In this document: piece after piece, positions 29,719 through 43,276 of the stretch
Layout of the letters: every line of letters begins with the position of its first letter
Position numbering within the stretch: position 1 is the stretch's first letter
Source of the DNA: the human T2T-CHM13v2.0 reference genome, Homo sapiens
Assembly (NCBI RefSeq): GCF_009914755.1
Contig: NC_060926.1
Length of the DNA: 64,000 nucleotides
Direction: 5' to 3' (one strand)
Program-made: the position numbers and the translations under genes
The notes under the pieces: model-generated
What the model was told of the DNA's origin: nothing
What the model saw: the letters and a program-made list of their open reading frames with translations, nothing else
The model's database searches: none

Positions 29719-31960
29719 GGCTGAGTGCAGTGGCTAACACCTGTAATCCCAGCACTTTGGGAGCCCGAGGCTGGCAGATCACCTGAGGTCAGGAGTTTAA
29801 GACCAGCCCCCCCAACATGGTAAAACTTCATCTCTTTAGTACTTTTGTAAAGTACTGAAATTAGCCGGCCGTGATGGTGGGTGCCTGTAATTTCAGCTAT
29901 GCTGGAGGCTGAGGCGGGAGAATCGCTTGAATCTGGGAGGGGGAGGTTTCAGTGAGCCGAGGTCATGCCACTGCACTCCAGCCTGCATGACAGAGCGAGA
30001 CTCCGTCTCAAAAAAAACAAAAGAAAAAAATCACAAACAAGAGTATTAATAATTTTAAGACAGTACCACTTAACAGTCACAAAAAATATTGTTCAGAGAT
30101 AAATTTAACAAAACGTGCAAGACCTATACACTGAAAACTACAAAACAGTGCTGAGAGAAATTAAAATCTAAAGTTGTTAAGATCTGCCCCATTTGTGGAT
30201 TGGAACTATTATGCCCTTTCTCCCCCAAATTGTCCCATATTTTTTCTGAGACAGTCTTGCTCTGTCATCCAGGCTAGAGTGCAATGGTATGATTTTGGCA
30301 ACCTCCACCTCCCAGGTTTAAGTGATTCTCGTTTCTCAGCCTCCCCAAGTAGCTGGGACTACAGGCATGCGCCACCACGCCCATCTAATTTTTGTATTTT
30401 TAGTAGAAATGGCATTTTGTCATATTGGCCAGGCTGGTGTTAAACTCCTAGCCTGAAGTGATCCACCCTTCTCAGCCTCCCAAAGTACAAGGATTACTAC
30501 TGGCATGAGCCACAGCGTCCAGCTCCAACTTTCAGAAATAAAAATTAACAAGCTGATTCGGAAGTTTAAATGTAAATGTAGAGGGCCTAGAACAGACAAA
30601 AACAGTTTAGAAAAAGAGCAGAGTTGGAGGATTACAGTCCCTGATTTCAAGACTTAACAGCAGTAATCAAGACAGTGTGGTAAGGGTAGATACACAGATC
30701 TACTAAACAGAGCAACAGCCAAGAAGTAGACCCATCAATATAATAAGTTCAATTGTTTTTTTGGTTTCGTTTTTTGAGAAAAAAGCCAAGTTGATTCAGT
30801 GGGGGCAAGTTTAGTCTTTTTACAGTCTGTAACAACTAGATGATTATGTGTGAAAAAATGAACTTCAACTCCTGCTTCACACTGTATATCACAACCTGAA
30901 ATTATAGTAGATTTAAATGTAAAGCTATAAAAACTACAAGAAAATGGGCAAAAAAATTTTTATGACTTTGTAGTAAGCAGATTTAAGACATGAAGAATAG
31001 AAATTATAAAAACAATTGTGCATTATTAAAAGTTTGCCTTCTTGAAAAGACATCAATAGGAAAATAAAACGTGAGGAACTCAGAAAGTATTCATAGTACC
31101 ATATCTGACAAAGGATATGTGTCCAGAATATATAAAAATATTGCACAGATCAGTAAGACGAATGACCCACTTACAAAGAGGGGGCAAAAGATCTGAATAG
31201 ACATTTCACTAAGGAAGATAAACAAATAGCCAATAAACCCACATAAAGGTGTCCACATCTTTGGTGGTCAGGGGAATACGCATTGAAACCATGAGATGCC
31301 ACTACCCAGCCACTAAGAGGCAGGCACTCCAGGTGTCAGCAAGGATGTGAAACAACTGGAACTCTTACTAGTGAGCATGTAAAAATGCCACAACCAGTAT
31401 GGAAGCCAGTTTGGTACTTCCTTAACAGTTAAGACCCAGCAATACTGCTTGTATGTGTTTACCCACAAGAAATGAAAACATGTCCATAAAGATTTGTATA
31501 TGAATATTCATAGCTACTTTTCTCAAAATAGCCCCAAACTGGGGACAGCAGAGGTATCTAGAGAGTGGATTAACAAATTGTGGTGTAGCCATACAATGGA
31601 ATATTGCCAAGCACTACAAAGAAACGAACTACTCGTAGATGCAACAACATGCATCAGTCTCAGAGCTTTGTTGAGCAAAAGCAGCCAGACACAAAACAGG
31701 CCATGTTGTATGATGCCATTTAAAAGTTTTAGAATAAGCAAAGCTGATACATAGTGACAAAGTAGATTGGTGTTTGCCTGCGGTGGGGACTGGAGAGGGT
31801 GGACTTCACAGTTACACAAAGCAACTCTAGGGTTATGAAAATAATCTTTATCTTGAGTGGAGTTTGATTATCTGAGTATCTACTTTTGTCAAAACTGTAC
31901 AGTTTAAATGGGTGTATTTTAGTATTTGTAAATCGTGCCTCAAAGTGGCTTTAAAATAAA
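29719..31960 (+). mobile_element. Old L1 3' portion (ORF2 remnant and 3'UTR) with Alus at about 29719-30029 (+) and 30240-30523 (-)
   Basis: L1 ORF2-like motifs (CTGAAAACTACAAAACAGTGCTGAGAGAAATT, CAGTAATCAAGACAGTGTGG, ACATATCTGACAAAGG, ATACAATGGAATAT). Confidence 0.85.
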
Positions 31961-32208
31961 ACAGGTAGGGGGTTGAGGGTGAGTAGTGAAAAGTAAAACT
32001 AGAAAGCCACAAGAATCCTCAACTTTTAAATTGTAGTATTAATAGCTCAAGAAAAATGGGTGTATCAGGAAAACCCTAACACACCTAATTAGTAAATGAG
32101 AGACTATTGAAGAGGAAAGGCAGTTTTTAAAATTTTGTCAGACTTCTAAAGAAACAGGTAAAGGGGCATTGCACCACCGTTTATTAAAAGGATGACTTAA
32201 TGGGATAA

Positions 32209-33008
<800 letters not shown>

Positions 33009-33714
33009 AGAAATAATTTTTCAAAAGAGATGTGTACTCCTTCCTCATGCTTTGCAGAACTTAACAGAGGGTGGTTTAGGGTACCCAGAGGACAGTCCAG
33101 CACCAGTAGTACCAAGATCAGAAGCAGTTCTCCATGCAGAATTGAGACCTAGATGATCATCTGCAATGAAGCAGTGGGATTTGTGCTTCCTTCAAATGTA
33201 AAATTTAATTTTTGGTATTTTGCATCTTTTTTGAAGTTAAATTTCAAATATTCAGAATATGTAGTCACAGTAGTTCAAGAGAGATTCTCACCTCATTGAA
33301 AGCTTACATGGATATGTGTCACCTGAATTAGTCGTGTGAACTCAACAAAGTGAGCGGGAAAGTTGCCCGACATATGACAGTTGCCAGTGCTGGGAAACGG
33401 GGATGGATTTAAAGCAGGAAGAAGACAAGGTGGCAGAAGGGGGAGGTTGCAGAGTGAGGGTGTGCATGTGAGCCCACCAGACCACAGGCCCTGTCCTGCT
33501 CACACGTTTCTGCAGCTCGGGAAGCACAAGGGTTGTTGACACTATGGGATAGATATGTTCAGTTTTCTGAAAATGTGGTGAGTTTAGTGACTAGCAGAAC
33601 TGATAATTGAAAACCTGCTTTGCATTCTATTTGTCAAAAATAAAAACCAACCTCTAAAGTACATTCCTCACATTTGTGAACAGTTATGTTTCTAATTATA
33701 TGATGTTCAAGTTC

Positions 33715-33905
33715 TGTAGTCTCATAGACCTGGATTCAAATCTTGGCCCTGCTCTGGATAGTACTCTGACCTTGGGCAAATTAGAGTTTCTTTGAGTACC
33801 CTCAAAGATCATACTGCAAACATAGTAGTACTGTAGGTACTAAACACAGAATGATGTTTGTGAGGTACTTAGCCCAGTACCAGGCCTTATGTAAACACTT
33901 AACCG
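33715..33905 (+). mobile_element. MIR (degenerate)
   Basis: AGACCTGGATTCAAATCTTGGC..TGACCTTGGGCAAATT core. Confidence 0.6.
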
Positions 33906-33960
33906 ATTGAATGGTGTCATATGAATAAGGTCATGACAAGGTTTTTCTTTTTATTTAAAG

Positions 33961-34047
33961 GTGAATCAGGTCTAGGAAAATCGACTCTCATAAACAGCCT
34001 ATTCCTAACTGATCTGTACCCAGAAAGAGTCATACCTGGAGCAGCAG
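33961..34047 (+). CDS. SEPTIN2: Septin-2 coding exon 3 (P-loop GESGLGKST...IPGAA)
   Basis: TTTAAAG| ... CAG|GTAAAA; 87 nt; G1 motif GxxxxGKS. Confidence 0.97.
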
Positions 34048-34156
34048 GTAAAAACATTCTTATGTTACTGTAAGTGTAATTCTACATGAAAGATGCTGAA
34101 GACTGCCTAATTAATATTTTATGTCTTAGCTGTGTGTTTTGTTTGTTCTTGTTCAG

Positions 34157-34186
34157 CTTTGAACACAAGGAAAACACTTTTATGGG
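34157..34186 (+). CDS. SEPTIN2: Alternative 30-nt in-frame microexon (inserts ALNTRKTLLW)
   Basis: GTTCTTGTTCAG| acceptor, GGG|GTAGGT donor, phase 1-1, no stop. Confidence 0.6.
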
Positions 34187-34809
34187 GTAGGTGTGCTGCA
34201 CCGAGGTCCTTGGATTTGGGTTGTAGACTTTCTTTGACACGTATCCATGGATCCATCCTCTCTTGAGTTTGTCTGTAAAATGTAATAAGTAGTTTCTGCC
34301 TATATTAAATATTTGATGGAAGGATTAAGTGAGAATGTTTTACATCAAAAATGCTGTGTAACTAGAAGATTACTAGGATAGATGTTCGAATTCATCTACT
34401 GTCAGAAAGTTCCAGCACAGGACACCAGCATCCACAAATGACTGTTGAATGAAATAGGCACACATAGTGAGAGCCTAAGACTTGGGCTGCTGCAAGAATA
34501 TGTAGCCCTTTCAGAATATTTTTGAATTCAGTTTTTAAATGAATTCGTAAATTGCTTTCTTTTTCCCAGGAACAGAAATTATAATTTTTAACATTTGTGT
34601 TTTTAACCTTCCCCAGTAGCACAATAATCTTAGCTTTAACCTTCCCCTTTCTGACTTCTCTGGGATCTTTTTTTCTTAATCCCCATGGTATCTTTGGAGA
34701 ACCTACCTCTGTAGAGAGGCAGTAGACTCTGAAGTCACCTGTCGTAAGAACGTGAGCTTTCCTCTTCACATGCTGCTTATATTCCCTATTAAGTTTGTTT
34801 CTTTTCTAG

Positions 34810-34933
34810 AAAAAATTGAAAGAACTGTCCAGATTGAGGCTTCAACTGTTGAAATTGAAGAGCGAGGGGTCAAGCTACGCCTGACAGTGGTAGATACCCC
34901 TGGCTATGGTGACGCTATCAACTGCAGAGATTG
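34810..34933 (+). CDS. SEPTIN2: Septin-2 coding exon 4 (EKIERTVQI...[15 protein letters not shown])
   Basis: TTCTAG| ... TG|GTATGC; 124 nt; G3 motif DTPG; seen in ORF 34752..35012. Confidence 0.97.
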
Positions 34934-35648
34934 GTATGCTCCCCCATGCCCAGGGATCTGCATTTGTTTACTTAATATACTTCATAAATTTATAGATAAT
35001 GTTAATGAGTGATTATTAAGTTTGGGATTGCTGTATATAATAAAACACCTAGACAATTTAAAGCGTGTTAAATGTTGACTTTTTAAATAAGGAATTTTAT
35101 AGAGAGTAATTTTTTTCTGGTACTCTACTGTAATTTGAGATCGCAAAGCCAGTCATCCATAGACTGCTAGTATAAATGAAACACCTGGATTTGAGCCGTG
35201 GTTGGTGACCGAGATACTGTAGTACATCCTTTCTATGTGGAAGGAAGTGAAACCTGTTAGAGAGTGGGTTGAGTCGTAGTGTCTGTAAATGACTGCTCAT
35301 TGGCATCATTTTCACAAATAAGGAAATGAAGAAGTAGAAGATAGAGCAGTCTGTCACCTGTACCGTGCAAAGAATGCCACTTTTGTTGTACAAACTCCCT
35401 CCTGGTTCTATTCCTGTCAACATAAAGCATCAGGTTTCCACCACTAGATGAAAAGGGGAAGGTTCTGTTATCTTTCTCCTACATTTAGGAATTTCTCCCT
35501 TCTTACATGTGAAAGTGCTGTACTGTTTCCCAGCTCAGTTAAATGCTGTTTCCCAGCTCAGATAAACCTGTTCTTGACCCATGTTCTCTACCACCCTGTT
35601 CCTCTGCCCCTTTTCACAGTCACGTTCCTGAAAAGAATTGGCAGCCCT

Positions 35649-35990
<342 letters not shown>

Positions 35991-36215
35991 CTATTCCATT
36001 CAGGCTTTTGACTCTCAGCACTTAGGGGCAGTTATGCTTGGCATAGTTTCCAAAAACTTCCATTTGCCAAATCTAAAAGTCAGTCTTCTGTTCTCATCTT
36101 GAAAATGAATTATTAAATTATGTATATTTGGGCGGAGGCACTTGTTTTCCCTTTGAAGTCAGGGACCCCCTGTTTTATACCCTATGATTATTGTTAATGT
36201 TTCTGTTTCTCTCAG

Positions 36216-36350
36216 TTTTAAGACAATTATCTCCTATATTGATGAGCAATTTGAGAGGTACCTGCATGACGAGAGCGGCTTGAACAGGCGGCACATCATT
36301 GATAATAGGGTGCATTGTTGCTTTTACTTTATTTCACCTTTTGGACATGG
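36216..36350 (+). CDS. SEPTIN2: Septin-2 coding exon 5 ([45 protein letters not shown])
   Basis: CTCTCAG| ... TGG|GTAAGT; 135 nt; septin DxRVHxxxYFI motif. Confidence 0.97.
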
Positions 36351-36506
36351 GTAAGTAATTGTTTATCGTGGAGAAATGCTTTACTACATGGGTTTGTAAG
36401 TTTTACCCAAACTGTGTATTTTAATATAAGAATTAAGATAATTTGAGAGAGAAGAGTTTTGTATGTATTTTTTTTAAATAAGTGACAATTCTAAAATTAA
36501 TTTTAG

Positions 36507-36624
36507 ACTTAAGCCCTTAGATGTGGCGTTTATGAAGGCAATACACAACAAGGTGAATATTGTGCCTGTCATTGCAAAAGCTGACACTCTCACCCTGAAG
36601 GAACGGGAGCGGCTGAAGAAAAGG
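36507..36624 (+). CDS. SEPTIN2: Septin-2 coding exon 6 ([40 protein letters not shown])
   Basis: TTTTAG| ... AGG|GTGAGT; 118 nt; G4 motif AKAD. Confidence 0.97.
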
Positions 36625-37418
36625 GTGAGTGAGGCTGGCGTCCTGCCCTCCCTCTGGGTGCGACTCGGGGGCATGGGGATGAAGAAAGGAGTGTGTTCCC
36701 ACGCTCAGTCTGCTCAGGTGTCGGGAGGCAGGGCGGGAGAATTTTTCCTGCATTTTAGTGGTGGTTTTCAAGGAGAACCTGATGGTTACAAATTTTAATT
36801 TTTGCCTTCATGAAGGTATCAAATTTCTATTCTTTAAATTCTCCTTATATTTAAAATGCCCTCGATGAGTAGCAGTTGGTTACACACAAGTACCTTCCAT
36901 GGGAGTTAAATGACTCAAATATAGAAATGTGATCTCTCCATGAAGTTTGTTATTTTACCTAAATTCTTTACTGCAAATGACCCATACAAGGATGTATCTA
37001 AGTAGACTGGTTCTCTGTTCTGTTTGGAAACATAGCAGTTGTCAGCCAGCGAAGCGCCTCTCACCCGCCAGCAGCTCCTGTGGTGTCCCAGTTTTAGTGC
37101 CTCTTCCGTGTATGTCTGTAAAGCCTCTTTATTGATTCTCTGCTATATATTTTTAAATTGCTTACTTTGTTCTGATTATATGCTCCTTAAGAAAGTCCAA
37201 ATAGTTTATATATGCTAAACTCTAAAAATACAAATCCCTAACTGAACATACTGGTACGTGCATAAAAATACAAATCCCTAAATGAACATACCGATCTGTG
37301 CGTGTAATCACAGTTGCTGGGGCAGGGTAGGGGGATACAGCAGGGGGTTCAGGCAGGAGGATCACTTGAGCCCAGAAGTTGGAGGCCAACCTCAGCAACA
37401 TAGCAATACGCTGTCTCT

Positions 37419-37958
37419 AAAAAAATATATATATATTTTTTATATATATAATATATAATTAATAAATATATATAATATATATTACATATATATTATATCT
37501 ATATTATTTATATTACATATGTAATATATATTATATTTATATTATTTATATAATATATTATATATATTATATTATTTATATGTAATATATTTATATTGTT
37601 TATATATATTATATTTATATTATTTATATATAATACATATTATATTTATATTATTTATATATAATACATATTATATTTATATTATTTATATATAATATAT
37701 ATAATAAATATATAATATATATAAAAATATATATATTTAATATATCTATAATATATATTATATATATTATATATAATATATATAATTACATATATTTATT
37801 ATATATATTATATATAATATATATTTATAAATATATAAATATATTTATAAATATATATAAATATTATATTTATACATTATATTTATATACATATTATATA
37901 TACATTTTTATATATTATATATATATAAATATAATATACATATATTTTTTAAAATAAA
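37419..37958. repeat. About 540-bp AT-rich (TA)n-type low-complexity block, following an Alu monomer fragment (about 37345-37425)
   Basis: Almost entirely A/T; internal 31-bp period at about 37610-37700. Confidence 0.95.
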
Positions 37959-37968
37959 AGAGTTTCTA

Positions 37969-38246
37969 GGCCGAGTGTGGTGGCTCACGCCTGTAATCCC
38001 AGCACTTTGGAAGGCTGAGGCAGGCACATCACCAGAGGTCAGGAGGTCGAGACCAGCCTGGCCAACATGGCAAAACTCCGTCTCTAAAAAATTACAAAAG
38101 TTAGCCGGGCGTGGTGGCGGGCATCTGTAGTCCCAGCCACTCAGGAGGCTGAAGCAAAAGAATCGCTTCAACCCAGGAGGCAGAGGTTGTTTGCAGTCCA
38201 GCCTGGGTGACAGAGCAAGACTCCGTCTCAAGAAAAAAAAAAAAAG
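37969..38246 (+). mobile_element. Alu with right-arm deletion
   Basis: Sense Alu consensus; AAAGA(G/A)TTTCT flanking duplication. Confidence 0.9.
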
Positions 38247-41200
38247 AATTTCTGTAATTACCCACAGAAAGAACAACTGTTAAGTATATATCCTTCTAGA
38301 ACATAGCTTATGTTTTTGGTTTTGCAGAATGAAATCACATAGTAATACTATTCTGCCATTTGATTTTTCTATTTAAAAATATTTGGAAGCATCCTCATAT
38401 ATATACTGTATCCTAATTCTTCCTGGATGCACAGCATTCCACCATATGAATATACTCTAACTTGTCCAGTTTCCTGCTGATGAATATTTGGCTTACTTTT
38501 TGTTTTACTCTGGCCCCTTTTCTTCTTTGACCAAATTTACTGTTTCTTTGCCCCTTGCTCGCTGCTTTTGCTAGTGATACCCTCTGCCTGGAACAGTCTT
38601 CCCTCAGATACCTGTGTGGGGAACTCCCTCACTGAGCCCAACGCTGCACACAAGATTTCACATCTCCATCCCCTGCTCTGCTGGTAGCACTCCCCCCACA
38701 CTGCATAAAGTATTTCTCTAGCGTGTTTTTTGGCTTCTCCTGACCCCTGACCCCAGGTCCTGAGATCAGGAATCTGCTTTGTTCACTTATGTATTCCCAG
38801 AGTTCCGAATAATGTCTGGCACATAATAGATTTGTTGCATAATTGTTGTAATGAACACTGGTGTACATCTATCTTTTCACAATTGTGTGAGCCAAACGAA
38901 TTCTTAGGAAATAAGTATACATTTAAATTTTTGAAGGATGACTAAATTTGCTCTAAAGTAAGTTTGTAACAATTTACATTTCCAAAGTGTACTCTTCTCT
39001 CCACCCCCTAAAACTGTCCTGGTTATGTTGCCAGTTTTTGTAATGTGTTTCCTGTCTGAGAAATTGTATCTCATTTGAATTTGCCTTTCCTTGATTGCCG
39101 ATGTGAGTATCTGTGCTGGTGTTGATGCCGGTTGGTGTATTCTCTCAGGTTGCAGGGACTTGGCTCTTGCTTTTTTATTGACTTAACACATATACTTATT
39201 TTTAGATGTTGACTATCACGTTGCAGATGATTTCACCTGGTTTGACTTTCATTTTTTCACATTTTTCTTGGTGCTTTTTTCCAAAGCAATTTTTAAGCAG
39301 CATGTAGTCATGTTTGGCAGCCTTTTCCTAAATTGTCTCAAGTGCCTGCCAGTTTTTTAGAAAGTATTTGAACCTTTGAAGAACCCCTGGAAGCGTAGAC
39401 GTTTTTATGCTAATAAATACTTTAGCAATTCCTACTTAAGGGAACTTCACCTTTTGTACTCTGCTATATTAAATTTCTTTGAGGTAGAAATGGGGGTGGT
39501 GTCAGGGTTAGAATGCTGTAATTCTAATCTCTAATCCTGTATGCGAAACATTTAGTGCTGGATTACAACATCTGAGATGAATCGAAATACTTCGAGCTTT
39601 TATCCCTTCCTTCTTGGGCCTCATTAATCACTTCTCTTCCTCCAGTTTCTCCTTGATGCCTACCAGTTTGTTCATTCTGCCCTATCTACAAGAACCTCTT
39701 GCCTCCTGCCAGCCTCTACTAGCTTCTTGCCTTCACCAGCCTTTCTTCTAGTCAGACACTTACTGGTAGCTGTTATCTGCCCTCCCCATGATCCTGTTCA
39801 CTCAGGCTTCCTGTCATCCACCTGCAATTGCTCTCTCATGGGCTTGGCCAACAGTTCAGTTCTCAGATGTGGGCCCCACCTGTGGGGTTTGTGTGATTGG
39901 CAATTCTACTTCTGAAACTTCCCTTCCTTGGCTGCTGAACCACTGTGTTTGCTTTTCTATCTGCTGTTTTTTACCACCTTCCTTCCTGATCCCTGAAGGT
40001 CAGTATTCCTTAGTATTATTTTGATCACATTATTTCTGTGGCTTCTGATTTGCCCTTCCAGGTATCTTATTTCTTGTTGTGAACCACATTTACCCACAGG
40101 AGTCCTCTTTTGACCACTGATGGACTCCTGTCCTTCCAGCTCCCCTGTCTCTTTAAATGGTCCCACAATTCTTGAAATCATCCAGACTGAGAAATGTGTA
40201 AATTATTTTTTACTCATCACTTCTGACTCCTCTGCTCACTTTTAAATAGCTTACTAACTGTTTCCGAACTCTTCTCTCCTCCAAAGTGTAAGCTCCATCT
40301 TTATGAGGCCAGCATAGGACAAAAGATGAGGTTAGCATGGATGGATAGTAGACCAGGAAAGGGGCCGTAAGATGAGGACAGGTGAGCAAGTTCATGCTTC
40401 TTATTGCTCAGTTTCTCCCAGAGATAAGATGGTTCCTCCCATTTAGGAATAAGGATTTATGAAAAGACTGAAGGTCGAGTTACAGAGTAAAGGATGTAGA
40501 GAGGAGGGCCTTTTCTGGAGTTCTGAATTAGTGCAGACATTGTACTAAGACCAAATCTCTGACCATTCAAGGCCCTTTTTAGGTCACATTAAGGCTTTCC
40601 ATTCTTAAAAACCAGAAAGCAAATCCAGTGCACAGTTTGAGGTCGGGATATTTTCTGCTCACGTTGCTCTTGTTCTCTCTTCCCTGAATGGCTCAGGTAC
40701 TGAGGTGAGACCAAACAAAACTGTGGCCTGCCTGGTGCCTGTGAGAATGCCCACCATGCAATGAGCATTTGAGTGCTAGGGTTTTAATTGATTGACTGAT
40801 GAATGCATTCGTATTTCAACTTCAGCCCAGTTCTTTCTCCCCTCAAGCCCCATCCCCCACACTACTGCCTGCTTGATAGGACCGATTGTGGGATTTCACT
40901 GCTGACTGCTGGCTGCCTGTTGAATGAAATACAGATCCCCAGGTCGCTAGCCTGGTGTTGATGGAACTCTCCACTTTGTAATTCCAATTTTTGTTTCCTT
41001 ATCCAACTGGATGTCTTAGATTCCAACCTTTTGAATTTCTTATTCTCAAAATGCACCCCATGTGTCCTCTCTGTGCCTTTGACGAGGTTTTGTTTTTTTT
41101 TCTTTCTTTCTTCCTTTTTTTCCATCTGGGGTACTTCTCCCTTCTCTCTGCTTTTAAGACTCCTGCCTGTTCTCCAGGGTCTTCTCATGCCTGTAGCTTC

Positions 41201-41392
41201 TCTGTGGCAATTACCCTTCTTGAGGCTGATTGTGGTGTGATTTCCATTTTAGCTGTTGTGCTGGGGCTATCGTTAGTCTTCCTGCTGCTTTGTACATTGA
41301 GGGTAGTGGTGCATTATTGCTAATGTTATTTTTATTCTGTACAGAGGATCCTCAAAATTCAAGTATAAATACCTTTCTAGCAGTTTTGTAAA

Positions 41393-41694
41393 TTTTTTTT
41401 TTTTTTTTTTTTTTTTTGAGACGGAGTCTTGCTCCGTCACCCAGGCTGAAGTGCAGTGGTCTCAGCTCACTGCAAGCTCCGCCTCCCGGGTTCACGCCAT
41501 TCTCCTGCCTCAGCCTCCCCAGCAGCTGGGACTACAGGCGTCCACTGCCACGCTTAGCTAATTTTTTTGTATTTTTAGTAGAGACAGGGTTTCACCATGT
41601 TAGCCAGGATGGTCTCCATCTCCTGACCTTGTGATCCACCTGCCTCGGCGTCCCAAAGTGCTGGGATTACAGACGTGAGCCACCACACCCGGCC
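41393..41694 (-). mobile_element. AluY-like
   Basis: Long T-tail and Y diagnostics; GCAGTTTT(G/A)TAAATTT flanking duplication. Confidence 0.95.
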
Positions 41695-41850
41695 GCAGTT
41701 TTATAAATTTATTTGACAGTAACTTTCGTCATCAGTTTGATTATTGACATTTGTATGATTTCCAATATATTTCTTACAAGATGAGCTAGAATTGGCTACA
41801 ATAACATACGCAGTTTGCTAAAATTGATCCTGGTTTTGTCATTCTCTCAG

Positions 41851-41952
41851 ATTCTGGATGAAATTGAAGAACATAACATCAAAATCTATCACTTACCTGA
41901 TGCAGAATCAGATGAAGATGAAGATTTTAAAGAGCAGACTAGACTTCTCAAG
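41851..41952 (+). CDS. SEPTIN2: Septin-2 coding exon 7 ([34 protein letters not shown])
   Basis: CTCTCAG| ... AAG|GTAAGA; 102 nt. Confidence 0.97.
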
Positions 41953-42074
41953 GTAAGAACTGGCTTCAGATCCACAACATAAATAACTCCTGTTTACTGT
42001 TGTCCATGTTGAGGTGAGAGAGATTGCCTGGGTATGTTCAGTTACGAGAGTATTTTTGCTTTCAATATATTTTA

Positions 42075-42380
<306 letters not shown>

Positions 42381-42610
42381 CTATCACCTAAAGCTTAGAA
42401 TTTTTATTGTAGGTTTAATTTGTTTTCGTACAATTTGTCCCATGTAGAAAGTATCTGACACTTTTCAAGAAAATGTTACATACCCCCAGCTTTCCAATTC
42501 AGTTTTGTAGTCAATAGCAATGTGTTAAGTCTGTGCTGATGTTCTCGTGTTGCCAGTGAACTCTGGGGTTCCCTGTGTGGAGCCTGTCTACTCTGTGTGT
42601 CTCTTTCTAG

Positions 42611-42756
42611 GCTAGCATCCCATTCTCTGTGGTTGGATCCAATCAGTTGATTGAAGCCAAAGGAAAGAAGGTCAGAGGCCGCCTCTACCCCTGGGGTGTT
42701 GTGGAAGTGGAGAACCCAGAGCACAATGACTTTCTGAAGCTGAGAACCATGCTCAT
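42611..42756 (+). CDS. SEPTIN2: Septin-2 coding exon 8 ([48 protein letters not shown])
   Basis: TTTCTAG| ... AT|GTAAGA; 146 nt; septin unique element RGRxYPWG. Confidence 0.97.
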
Positions 42757-43276
42757 GTAAGACATTTGGTGTGTTCCTTCTGGCAGAATTTGGCGTGAAG
42801 AATATGGATTTCAGACGGGGTGTACACTTGGCCCCCAAGATAGTTGCAGCCAGCAGCTTCATTGCCGCCCTCAGTGTTTCTCACATCGCAGAAGTGGTGT
42901 GGGGCTGTTGCAGATTGGTGCTGAGAACCCTCACCCAGGGGCCCTCTGTGGCACTACTAAACTAGCGCTTCTGCCTGTGGCCTGTAGCCTGCAGTACCTT
43001 TCCTTCTTGCTAAGATCTTACATCTTTGATGTTAAAAGGAGAAAAGGAGACTAGAACCTAAACTGGGGTCTGAGAGGTCCCCAGTGCTGGTAAGGAAACA
43101 GTCAGGCTGTATAGGCCCCTGGTCCACTGCTCCAGGCTGAGCCACCCCTGGTGCCCTGCTCACCAGTCTGAGACTCATTGTATGGCCCTGGTTAGCTTTT
43201 TGTGTCTTCCATTTATTATTAATAGCAATTACAGACCTGACTACAAAAATAGTCTTCTTTAAAAATGAATTTCATG

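Noticed and set aside
42476-42862. 128-aa minus-strand ORF
   Set aside because: Antisense shadow of a SEPTIN2 coding exon
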